Assembly (NCBI GenBank): GCA_000934665.2
Contig: JYFJ02000115.1
Coordinates: 1 to 64,000 of the forward strand
Source: Catajapyx aquilonaris
Taxonomy: Eukaryota
DNA length: 64,000 nt
Direction of reading: 5' to 3'
Made by a program: the position numbers and the translations under genes. Each line of letters begins with the position of its first letter. Position 1 is the first letter of the stretch. The notes beneath the pieces were generated by a model that was given only the letters and a program-made list of their open reading frames with translations, ran no database searches and had not been told where the DNA came from. Shown here piece after piece: positions 25,673-37,620 of this stretch.

Positions 25673-27007
25673 TTAAGCAGTTGGTTTATCTTGATCTTCC
25701 TCCTCCTTTGCTCCTGAATCTTTAGGTTTCACACTCTCGGCAATAAAGTTCCAGTATCCTGAGCGAATAGTGTCGAATTCACTTGCCAGCATTTTGCACA
25801 ACTGCAAAATAACAAAGAGGACGAAGCTACTGAATTACACGAATTGGACTCGCCATCAAATAACACTTGCCTCGGTTATTCTTGCGATGAGATCATCCTT
25901 ATCCTCACTCTCCCCTTTCTCCAACTTGTCCTGGAGTGTGTCAACAAGGAATCCCAACAGATACGGACTCCGGTTTCCTGCGTCATACAGTTCCTGGCAG
26001 AATTTCGACACCTTTGGATGTTCACCCATACCCTTCTCATAATGCGAAAGGACTCTGAAAAGAATGTGAGCATGTGGGTCGATCCAGGCCATACGAGTAA
26101 TTCGTATTAGTGAAAAGTACCCCCTCAGGTAGTTCCATGCGCTCTCGTTATTGATCACCATCTGGATGGCCCTGAGAGCGACGTTGACCTCTCGCTCAAT
26201 CACATCCTGGCTGAACTGCGTAGTGCTCACAATCACAAAGTGCCTCTGGTTCCACGCCGAATTGTTCCGAATATCACTTTTCAGGAGATCTTCCAAATAC
26301 TCAAGCTCACCTTCCCACAAGCTGGAAATAACTGTTGGTTAAACTGCTCCGTATAGTAGCCCAATCGAATTATTCTTACCTGAAATTCCTCAGAACCCAC
26401 TGCCTATGTTCCCAAGCATGGTAGTTCTTAGAATCCCCATCCAAGACGGACTCGGTCAACTGCAGATCTTCAGAGGCATCCCCGCTCCATTCGACGACCA
26501 CCCGCCTGTGATGCCACACCTGGTAGTTCTTCGGATTGGTCTCGATCATCATCCGAGAGTACTGCATCTCAGCCTCAATGTCCGCCTGCAGCCCTTTCAG
26601 AATCTCCCGCCTTACCCGGATTAAAAGCGGTAAGCGCAATCACCTTGTTGTACTAACCTGCACTGCCACACTGTGTAGTTGGCCGGATTGAAGTTCAGCG
26701 CATCAGCCGTGAGTGCAAGCGCTCTCTCCGACTTCTCTCCGGAGTTCAGTATGGCCCGGAAGTAGTCATACACATCAATGACTGATGAATAAAGATTAGT
26801 CACCAAATAATCACGATTAGAATAGTAAAAGAGTGTGAAACATATGGAACACTCACACTTTTCCGAGTAAGCGATGGCCACGACCGGGTTTGGTCCGTCG
26901 TCCTGCTTGACCGGGGTGACGTCCGCCCACTCCGGCCTGTCCCTGTACATGACCCAGCTTCCGGAGCCTCCGTCCGACCTCTCCTCTCCGCTGCTGCTGT
27001 CCGCCAT
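25673..27007 (-). CDS. FNTA: Protein farnesyltransferase/geranylgeranyltransferase-I alpha subunit, 6 exons, ~339 aa
   Basis: Exons 27007-26857, 26781-26658, 26610-26380, 26321-26121, 26054-25871, 25801-25673 (1020 nt). [27 protein letters not shown] repeats [51 protein letters not shown]-terminal DTIR-x-x-YW. Confidence 0.96.
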
Positions 27008-27937
27008 CGCGCTTGGCCCCGGGTCCGAAGTCCTCGGGCGCACTCTAGGGCGGCCCCTGCCTCTCCTCCTCATTATTCCGCCTTTCGAATACAGTCGCAA
27101 CAAAAATGGAATCCGACCCTCAACGAAGGAATAGAACGCTACAAACGGGCGGCAAAGTCGGCGAAATTTTGACCAACTCTGTACATGCACCTGTTAATAA
27201 CAAATCGCGATGGTCTTATCAGATTCACGCATGCGTACTGCACGGTCAGCTGGAATGTGTAAACAGCAGGACAGCGCCTCTGACGGCCTGTTTCTGCAGC
27301 ATGACTTAACAAATAATGTAGGCGGCGGCTCGAACGATCAATTTCACAGCGATAACAGTAGCAACTAGCGGATATTGCTACAGTGCACGTTCCAGTTCAC
27401 ACAACTAACAAACGTGGCTAAAACTAGCTCCAAAAACTACAAACACGCCTGCTCAGGCCAGCCCGTCATGTCACATAAACCCGCATGAACCACTGTTCAA
27501 GCCACTACACCCAAACAATTCGTCACCGCTTGTTACAACAGCTACGCTTCAAATTTGCCATAAACCCGTTGTTAATAATGCTAATTATTTAATACCAATT
27601 TGCCTCTAAAAATATTTGCCACATTGTTTCAATGATTGTTATGAACAGGTCGTGACTTGCCCCTTCACAAGGCGTGGGTGGCGTGGTTGACAGGTAGACA
27701 GCGATAGGAACGTACCCCGTTTTTACCTTCCCCCCCCCCCCCNNNCCCCCCCCCCCCCCCCCCCCTCCCGTCCCCCCTCTCCCTAACCTTTTGTTAGATG
27801 TCGGGTTGGACCGCATGGCGACGTCCCTGCCGTCGATCGACGCCACCGACGCAAAAGCCGGCCGGCTACTCCCGTCGTCACAAGTGTGAAGAAGGTCCCT
27901 TTGCACTGCTCTCATTTAGGACTTGAGAGAAGTGGAG
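27008..27937. promoter_or_regulatory. Divergent promoter region between FNTA and the TOPAZ1-like gene, with a long C-run and a probable non-coding first exon ending at the 27937 donor
   Basis: Head-to-head genes; CpG-rich; poly-C at ~27730-27765; GAG|gtgagg donor at 27937 and acceptor ttctag|CCATG at 29471. Confidence 0.5.
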
Positions 27938-29473
27938 GTGAGGCGGAGAAAGTCGAGGCGTCATACAAAAAGAGGAGGGGGGAGGGGGAGATGTTAGGCT
28001 AGGGGGAGCACAGGCTGCCTTTGAGACAAAAAAAAATTGCATGAAATTGTTTTTATTTGTAAATTATATCATGGCACCATTTCTAGCACAGTTGCATGTA
28101 CCGCAGAACCGTAGGATTTCACGCATAACATCGCTACACAATTTTTATCCCGAGCGTTTGGTTCAGGCCACTAAATACGAAGCGGCGTTTCCTCTTGGTT
28201 TTAGCAAGCGACTGGGGCACATGCCTGACCCTTTGACTGCCATTGTCTGATGAGTCGGCGCTTAGATGTCGTCACCATCCCAGCATCCTGCATACCGTAA
28301 TGTCATATGTCAGAATGGGGATTGCCTTACAACGGTTACAACCTTTTGCCTTATGCCTTGAGCCGGTTTCCTGCTTACGAATGCCTGATGCCTGTTCTCT
28401 TATAAGCATGTTCCTCAGGTTTCCTATGGATGACACTTTCAAATATTCTGCAGCATTTTCTCTATTTTCGCATCTTGTGTGAGACGAGTGGGAAGCATTA
28501 AGCACAGCATCAATTTCTTTCTCCTTGGAATGCTTCACCCCATTGCAGGAGTGGGAAATTATCAAAAAATGCAGCTAGTCTTCAGCTTACAAAAAAAAAA
28601 AAAAAAGTACTTTTAACGCACATGCAACATTTCCTAGTGCAAAAAAAAAATTCCATGGAACTCTACTGGTAATGTAGGTGGAATATTTATTTGAAACTTA
28701 GACCACCCCATAAGGACTATGTATTGACAATGCTCACTTTAAGGGGACGAGTGGGTCATGCTGGTAATACCTTGTGGAATTGTTGACAATCAGTACATTA
28801 TGAAGTACCTGCATGTCTGCAACTCATTACTTAGGATGCTGCAAATTCAACTTTGACCATTTTATTTATTTATTTGACAGTACCTTGTAGGTATAGGAAT
28901 GTTTAGGAGAGATAAAGATTGTTTCATTTTGGTCTATTGTGTTGGTCCTTGAAAATATTCTTGTTAGATTCCCACTTGTTCATCATATCCAACCAGACCA
29001 TTGTTCTAAGCTATTAGGACGAGGAAGTAGTTATGACGAGGAAGTAGCCAGGACAAGGACGAAGCACTGTGCGACGGCCTAATGATTGAAGGCTTGGTGG
29101 TTGACTGGTTGGACGACTTGACTGGAAGCCCGATGCGTGATTGCCAGTGTTTTAAATTTGATTGTTGCACAGTTGATTTTGTATGTTTTAGTGAAAGGGC
29201 TTAATGTAAGGGCCGGCTGGGAAAGTCCAATAATCTCCTTAATAATCCATTGTTCTATTGTGATGAGTTTTGATTACTGCATGCTTTCTTACTGTTACTT
29301 CAGATCAAAGGGTATACTTGGATGATTAACATCAGCCTGTCACAGATGTCCTTATAATATAAGTTGCCTTCTCCACTTTGTACAAGTGGCCTGCACACAT
29401 CAAGCGAACATAAACCCAACCAAAGAACTCTTAAAACGCAGATTTATAATGCATATTTTGCTTTGTTCTAGCC

Positions 29474-32400
29474 ATGAAGCGGCCACGGAAGGACGGTGGC
29501 AGAAAGATTAAACGGGCGAAGAAAGAAGAGGAAGCGGCAAATGGCGATGTTAGTTTAGAGGGCTCAGTAGCAAGTACCAGCTCTGAGAAGATGTCTGAGT
29601 CACGTTGCAGGGGCTGCAAACCCCAGCGCGACCTGGAACGAATGATGGCCGATCTGCTGTCACAGATGGCCATGGTGAAGTACCAAGGTGATGCTTCAAC
29701 CGAAGGGAGAGCAACCTCATCCATGTCCAGTTTGCCAAACGGGGTATTAGATGATGATGAGCCCATCATATCGCCCAAGGGCAGGTGGTCGACACCCAAG
29801 TCGTCATCTTCCCAAGCGTCCCCTGGGTCGTCCTCAAAAGCCGATCAGTCCCCCTCAAGCAGGAGGTCACTGACAAGTTGCCTGGCTGGGTACACAGCCT
29901 TACCTCCGATGATAGCAATCCCAGGCCACAGCATCTCCATCCCTGTGTCTATACCAATCAGGGAAGGTCTTCCTGTGCCTCCAAACAAGGTGAATGAAAG
30001 AGTACAATTTAAAGGTGGTATTACATTGCATGGAGCCACCTGTGGTAAAGAGTTCATGAGTCAAATTTTCAAAAATCTTGCACATTCTCGCTTGACCGTC
30101 ATCTACTGATTTTTGGAAGCACTTTTTACATACAATACTTTATTTCTAATTGGTAGCTTTTTCTTCCAACAGGCATCACCTGCAAGGCAGAGGCATTCTG
30201 TCGAGTCCAGTCCTGCAGCATCTCTTAAGCTGAGCGACTGTGACAGTGACTTGGTTCCTGTCAGAAGGTCTCACAGGATCAGTGCAATCATCTTCTCTGA
30301 TACTGAAGAGGATGGTTCACTGTCCAGCCAGAGAAGCGACAAGGGTACTGTTGAAGACGTTCCCGCTGAAGAAGGTAGCCCTGCGGTGGTCGATAAGAAA
30401 TTGGACAGAATGCCTAAAGTCCGCCTGGAGAAGCTGCCACTCCCTTCAGAGACACCAAGTCATTCAACTGAGAAGGGACTCAGTGATGTCGGAAAGTCAC
30501 CTGTCAAGTCTGGGTGGAGTGTCAGGGAAGAGGCTTCCCACCCACCGGAGACCTGTGAAGAAGCTGCTGAACCAACTGAAGACGGTAAAGGGAAGGAGGA
30601 GCCAAGTGTATCTGATGCCAGCCAGCCCGAGATTGTGCTGCCGGCCAGCAAGAGCTCCCCTAATAAAACACCTGTCAGCTCCAAGACAAAAACCGTGCAG
30701 AAGAAGCCTCTCAATGTGAAGGAAAGTCCTGTAGAAGCTGAAAATACTGGAGGGGAAGGGGAAGTTACTCCTAGATCGGCGAGAAAATCGACTCCCAAGG
30801 CCAGAAAATCTACCCCTGCCAAAAAAAGTAAGCACAGGCGGCTCAAGAAAAAACACGCGCAACAAGAGAAAAGCTGTGAAGCTGAGAGCCCGGCTGGATC
30901 AGAGGAGACAACTCCCGAAAAGTCGAATCCTGTGGCATCCTCCAGACGGATTTCGCCTCGGAAGAAGGTTCTTAAAAGGCCTTCCAAGAAAGTTAATGCA
31001 GTGCCTGAGGTTCATATAAAGCGGGAGCCACAGGACACAACGGACACTGGTTGCAGCTTAGTGTTACAGCCTGCAGGGGATTGTGTTTCGGTGGAACGGG
31101 GCAAAAGTTCTCTCGATGAGACCATTGACACTGTTGTTTGCAACTGGAAGCCATCAAAGGCAACTAAGAAACCCCGGAAACCTTCGCCCAGGAAGGCAAA
31201 AAAGCCTATCAAAGTTAAATTCCCTATCTCTCAAGGGAACCAAATTGGCAATAGGGATGTACTTTCTGTTCGTCCTGTACAACCTCAAGCAGACAATGTT
31301 TCTGAGAGGTCTGTACAGCATCAAAAAGATGATGATTCTAGGAGTCCTGGGAAGTCAACAGAAAGGGAAGAAATGAGCAGATCTGAAGACAAGCTGCCAG
31401 TGGTATCCAATGGCGCTCCTGTTTTACAAGTCCTGCCGGAAAAGGCTGACCCCCGACCTGTGATAGATGACCTTGGGGAAGGGAAGAAAAATGACTCGGA
31501 TGGGTTGAGCACTCAAGAATCCAGCTTGTCAGAGAACCATGAAACTGTTTTACTTGTTGAAGCGGTACCACCTGCATTAGTTGAAGATGTACCACCTGCA
31601 TTAGTTGAAGCGGTACCACCTGCATTAGTTGAAGATGTACCACCTGCATTAGTTGAAGATGTACCACCTGCATTAATTGAAGATGTACCACCTGCTCAAA
31701 AAATTACAGATTTGGTTGAGCCTGCAGGAGGTTCAGAAGAGCTTGAGTGTGCCAAGGAAGAAGACAACACTGCTTCTAGCAAAGCAAATAATAGCAATGA
31801 GTTGGCTTCTGCTGAGCCGGCAAAAAGGGAAGATATCGTTGATATGGCAATGAGGGACATATCAATGGATATCTATGAAGATGAAGACCTGCTGTCAATT
31901 CATGCTGGGGAGATGGATATCCCGGACGCATCACCTATGCATGTACGACCAACCTTTCCTTACGAGCGAGTGCTGCCTTCCCCAATATGTCGACCTTCCC
32001 CACGTGTCCAGCGGGTGACACGTGAAAAGCCGTCTAATCCATCTTACATGGAAGAAGACGCTTTTGACAACCTTAGCACTTTCATGGTGCCTGACAGCAA
32101 CCGTGCGAGCCCAGTGGATTCTCGCCTGGGTGACTGGAGTGATGAGGTAAGGAAGGCCAATAATTTCATGAATGAGTTTCTAGTTAGAAAGTTACTTTTT
32201 TTTGTTACTTGGTTATGTTTGTACTGGTACCCAAAATGTGCTGGAAATGTAACTTGTTCCCTGTTACCTTGTAATATTATTATTAGTGATATACACATAT
32301 GTAAGGGATTTATACTTAACATGAACTTATTTTTCAGGATGGAGAGTGGACATACGATGCAGGTGAAAACATCCTCCTTCTAATGCAAGACTCTTCCGCT

Positions 32401-35400
32401 TTCTTGCATGAACTTCCTGCTATGCTTGAAGGCATGTTTGCTTTGCTTCCATTTCTGTCTTCAGTGGTTCACGTAAACTTGGGTTTTCTTAAAGCAAAAG
32501 AGAGTGGGCTAGGTTTTGTACGAACCGAGGAAGGATCTTCCTGCTTTGTCAATTCGTGACATACTTTTCATATCTTTCGGTGTCACGGAGAAAAGTTGTG
32601 TTATGCAGTAGTGCTGCATTTATCTTTCCAAACCTGAGTGTGTAGTAATGAGTTTCGAGTTGATTCAAAGTAGTGAGCCATGAGAAAGTTTGACGTCATT
32701 GCTTGTGTGTGTGATGAATGTTTAGTTGCATGGAGTTAGTTTCAACTTCACTTGTGGGTTGAGTAATTATTACGTAGGGTTTGGATGGGTATCGACGTCA
32801 CAGAACATGTGTATCTTCCCTTACAGATGATCCGCATCAAGGCGTCACCAGAGATGGTTTTCCATCGCAACCTTCCCCACCCCCGAATGCCCAGGTTGCA
32901 AACTATGACACACACTCCTTCTACCGAGAGGAATTTCCGGTTTTACCAGCGCCACCTGCACCTCCTCTCACGCTGCAGTGTTGGACCTCACCTCCTGTTG
33001 CGCCACCACGTTCCATCTCACCTCCTCTCATGCGACAGCGTTCGACGTCACCTCCATTAAGCATGAGCAGCAGGGGAAGTAGGGGTAGCAAGGGTAGCAA
33101 GGGAAGCAAGGGTAGCAAAGGTAGTAAGCATAGTCTGACGACGACTTCCTTCCTTGAAATTGTGCGGAATAAGAGGTGGGAAGATTTGGAAGCTGTGATG
33201 GTGAACATAACTTCTTCTGAAGTTATGTTAAGCAGGTTCATGGCCATCTTCAGGGAACTGCAGGACGCACCTCCCCCTACTTTTCCGCAGGTGCTCCAGT
33301 CATTGTCTGTTGTCTATGGTGAGTCACTGTGCCTCATTGATGTTTAAAAAAAATAATTATGAAACACGTGTACAACATTGGTAGTAGGGTTGCACATTTG
33401 TAGCAAACCATTCGACCACATTTATTTCACCTCTTAATTTCTTGAATGAGTGTTTAATTATTTTCAGCTGCCCATCCCCAACTTCCGGCCATGAAGGAAA
33501 ACTTGGGGCGCTTAGGCTCTTCGATGGTGTGGATGGCCTCCCTACAATCAAACTGGGGTGTGATATATTTCATTCTGGAGTCTCTTGTGCTCCACAAAAT
33601 CAGCATCATGAGAAGCCCTGTACGTCAGCGCTCTTATAAAACCTAAGTGCCATGTACTCACCTGTTTATTTGTTCCAGCCTTACGGAGGGATTCAGTGCA
33701 CCCCAGGGTACCTGGCAGTGGCCTGTATAAATGCCTGTTGCGAGGGAGGTAAGCTTCAGGATGCCACTTGCGCCATAAGGGGTGAGTTGGACTTGAAACT
33801 GACAATTCCTAAAGCTGTGGTATGTTGCTGTTGGATTATTATCAGGATGTGGTTAGGAAATTTTTCATGGAGCAGAACTATTCTGCCATGTACTGGTTCA
33901 ACTTCTTCATAATTCAAACCAGATTTAGCATTGTGCATTACTTTGCCGCAATTTTTGCATCCGGCATTATTCATTTGCATGTTAGACATTAGTTTTGGCT
34001 AAGGTCAAGTTGAATTGAACAAATATTTATTTCTCCCACAGAGATCGGTCTGATGTCAGCCGAAGTGCTGGTGATGACACCAGAAGATGTGTGTGCCTTG
34101 CAAAAGGCAACAATGAACTTGTTTTTGAAGTTCATGGATCCCAAGAACATGTTCTTGGGCACACCTGGCATCGTGACAATGGCCCTATCACCCAAGGAAA
34201 TGACAGAGATCATATTCGATGCTCTTGTGAAGAAGATTCCCTTGGAAGGTGAGTCCAGAGAGTCTATGAAGTGCAACTAGTCTTGTGTGCCATTAACTAT
34301 GCCTTCTTCTGCAGCTTCCCAGCTCTACGACGATTTTGTGTGGAGTGCACAAATTAAGGAGATGGTGGATTGGTGCAAGTTTCTATTGAATCTCAAGACA
34401 CCATTTACTCTGTGTGAGGGCACGTGGAAACATGTGATAAACATGCTCGTTACTAAGGGGCAGCTCATAGCAGCTAAAGAGCAGTTCTGCAAAGCTCGAG
34501 ATCAGTTGAACATCTATGAACCTGCTGACATTTCACTGCATGTAAGTGGGGAGTTTCTTTCATTAAGTGGGACTAATCCACAACATGGATAATCGAAAGA
34601 TTACAGTACACTCTTATTGTTTAAAAGGGTGTTTCAGATGATGTTTTCCTACTGCTACTTTCTCTTTTCAGGGAGCGTCTTCCACTTTGAGTGCGACGGC
34701 TATAGTCCGTGCTGACTACTCCCCTGAGGAAGTCCTGCTTGCCATTAAGACCCTAGTCGATAGCATTGCTGAAAGGTTACCTAAACCACTTCCACAGTCT
34801 ATAATCTACATGGTCATTGTCAAGCTGCAGGTATGTATCTGAATCCTTCTGGGTTCAAGGATCTTCCTTACCTAATAGCTGATTTTTTTTTTTTCTCCAG
34901 ATGGGCAGGGATAGAGAAGACATTTCACGCGAGACCGATGATGCAGTTAAATCAGCACTGAGAGCCTGCAACCTTCATGCTTCCAAAGACGGTGACGACT
35001 TTTTCATTGTGAAGCGCAACTGCATTGAAGCACTCATGGAACAGGTCAGTTAAATACTTGCAATGTGGTATTCAAAGTTGCACGTGTTAGATTAATATAA
35101 TGCAATTTGGCGCCGTATGAAAATGTGACTGAACAAATAATTTTCACTTGCACACTGGGTACATAATAGTACGGGCCAGTTTTTCAGTGTAATTTTCATT
35201 TCTTGTGAACTTGTGATACTCCATAAGAGCTTGTAAAATGATGTACTTGCATTGTTCTCATTTGCTACTGCTGCTGTTGCAGATGTGCAATGGCTCGTAC
35301 GTGTCTGGCCGATGGAGGAGGGAAGGTTCATCTGGCAGCATGGGAGAGGAGCAGCCAAATGTGCCCCTGGAGCTTCCTCTCCTCCTGGATCCAATGGCAC

Positions 35401-36827
35401 CTCACCGTCACTCCCCAGCAGTGACACCCACCAGACCACCAGGGGTCTCGCCTTACCATGCGGCTGTCCCAAATGCCCCTGCCAACCCTGGAATGGCAGT
35501 GTCACCAAGCCATCCAGGCATGATGCACCAGGTGTCACCACACCACATGGTGCCTCTCCAGGGAATATCACCAGCCCACTCAGACACACCATTAATGCCA
35601 TCAGGAGGGCTACATAGGGCGTCACCAGCCCATGCGGGGGCAATGCAGGGAGTGTCACCATCTCACTCGGAGCCACAGTTCGCAGTTGGGGCGCCAGGAG
35701 GGATGCAGAGGGTGTCACCAGCTCACTCAGAGCCTCCGTACTTGACTGGACCAATAGGGGCAAAGGAGCTGTCACCGGTTCACCCGGAGCAGTCGTTCCG
35801 AACTGGACAACCTGGCGTGATTCAGAGCGGGACTGTCTACCCTCAGGTGCCCCTTCACCCATCACCTACTTCATCCCTTGTTATACCGCCATACCCACCG
35901 CCTCAGATTGGCCCACCAGTCAGGATGCCATTCCCACCACCTCAGATTGGGCCACCAGTCAGGCCGCCATGCCCCATTAACTTCATGTCATGCCAGCCGC
36001 CACCTGTCAGGCCTCCCTACAGCACAGGGTATCCCAACCACAGACCATGGGGTCAGTACAACCCCAGGATGACTTCCAATAACCAGAGGTTCCCCAGAGG
36101 GCCAAACCCAAGGTTTAATCGTGGTGGCAACCCAAGGATGCCAGTGAGGGATTATAGTTCCCGAGGAGGGCGTGTGAGTTACCATGGGGATGCTGCCCCA
36201 AGGCACATTACCTACGAGACAAGGAACGCAGGAACCACACCCGGCTCTGGGTTGGAGACAAAGGACGCAGGAACCACACCCAGCTCTGGGTTGGAGGCAG
36301 GTCATCCTGAACCAGTCAATGTGACACCACCCAAAGAAGAATCTCCCGAAGAGCCACCAGTGCAAGAACAAACTGATGCTGCTACTGGCTCTAGCAGTGA
36401 AACTGTTGTGACTGCGACACCACTATCGAGTACCACCGTCGCAGCAGAAGCAGGTGATGGTACTCCTGCAAAAGAAGATCACCAATTTTTGGTGCCAGAG
36501 GCTCCACGTCCGCGAATCTCTCTAAAGGAAAGGTTGGGACCGCCAACCAGTAGTAGGGGTGGTGTGCGGCAGTTAGGCTTACTTCGAGGTGGGCACCAGA
36601 GAAGCCTGTCAGCAGGAGCATCTGCAGGCCCAGGATTGCAGGGTTCACCATCTCAGGGGAGGGGTAGATGTATAAGAATCAAGCGTGTGTCGGAGGGTTC
36701 CTTACCATCAAGTCCCCAGCCTGGAAACAAGCCGCCCACTGATCAACCGGCAGCAGCAGTGACATCGTCACAGAGTAACCAACCAGCAAAACCAGCCAGA
36801 AAGCGGTCTCCGATACGCTTCCCTTAG
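29474..36827 (+). CDS. Large (~1850 aa) protein with disordered S/K/E/P-rich N- and C-terminal regions and a central helical domain resembling the C-terminal domain of TOPAZ1
   Basis: Exons 29474-29989, 30173-32146, 32338-32362 (or -32431), 32827-33318, 33468-33619, 33679-33781, 34042-34248, 34315-34541, 34672-34830, 34901-35044, 35283-36827; phases consistent. Segments LGRLGSSMVW..W....ILESL...KI, GKLQDATCAIRE, WKHVINMLVTKGQLIAAKEQF, DYSPEEVLLAI occur in the order recalled for vertebrate TOPAZ1. The gene itself is well supported; the family call is moderate. Confidence 0.7.
31553..31696 (+). repeat. Coding minisatellite, 6 x 24 bp (LVE[A/D]VPPA)
   Basis: Unit ttagttgaagatgtaccacctgca, near-identical copies. 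Confidence 0.95.
33075..33128 (+). repeat. Coding 9-bp repeat x6 (GS[K/R])
   Basis: ggaagtagg ggtagcaag ggtagcaag ggaagcaag ggtagcaaa ggtagtaag. Confidence 0.9.
36216..36296 (+). repeat. Coding 39-bp tandem duplication (ETRNAGTTPGSGL/ETKDAGTTPSSGL)
   Basis: Two adjacent near-identical units; a similar 39-bp duplication (PPPQIGPPVR) lies at 35895-35963. Confidence 0.9.
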
Positions 36828-37441
36828 TGGAGCATCACATAATGGTGGTACAGTTCAGTGACTATTCTCTTTATATTCAGACATAAAGTGAGATCCCATA
36901 TTCGGAACATTGTGTGTGAGGCATTTCAGTACCATCATGAGCTTTCGAGGAAGGCACATTGCATAGGATTTTTCTCCATAGAGAAGTAAATCATCATCCA
37001 TACCACAAGACCATAGTTCATTAGGCATTTTGGCGCCTGCATTATGTTGCTGCAGATCTGGTTTCACAGGTTTTCAGGCATTCATTCCCGTGTCATGTGC
37101 CTTCCTTATGCTCTTGGCAGCTTTTTTTTCCCCCCATTAACAAGAATAATTGTTTAATCATGTGTCTGTGCCATACATACGTACCTGCACACAAGATGAA
37201 TTAAGTTCCTTATCGTTTTGTTTATGCAATGACTTCGGGTATGCTTAATTATCCGGAAAAAGTAATGAATTGTTGTAATCTTGTGATTTGAAAAGGTTTT
37301 GAGTTTTGTAAGTTCAGAAAATATGTAGGGCATGGGAATCGAGTTATACAGTTTTCATTTGCCCTACAAAGTATTCATAGATGGACACCATGTAAGATCT
37401 TTGACAACTTACATGTCTTTCACCTCACTTTCTCATTATAA

Positions 37442-37620
37442 GGCCTGGAACAAACGAGTGGATTCGGGAGGGATAAGTTGCCCGTGAATCCACTAGGAAA
37501 AGCATACAGCGCCAGGAGGAGCAATCAGCACGCCCCAATATCTAACTAGCAATAAACTTGGAAGACGCTCGCACACTCAGGCAGCTTTTCCCTCACGAAT
37601 CCCCTCGTTTGCTCCAGGCC
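37442..37620. mobile_element. PIF/Harbinger-type MITE
   Basis: TAA|GGCCTGGAACAAACGAGTGGATTCG ... CGAATCCCCTCGTTTGCTCCAGGCC|TAA; 3-bp TAA TSD. Confidence 0.85.

Noticed and set aside
28248..28280. CTGATGAG as a hammerhead ribozyme core
   Set aside because: No GAAA after a stem II and no closing stems.
31553..31696. Regular short repeats as a possible CRISPR array
   Set aside because: Head-to-tail with no unique spacers, and in frame within a eukaryotic exon.
35092..35865. 257-aa minus-strand ORF with repeats
   Set aside because: Antisense shadow of the Pro-rich last exon.
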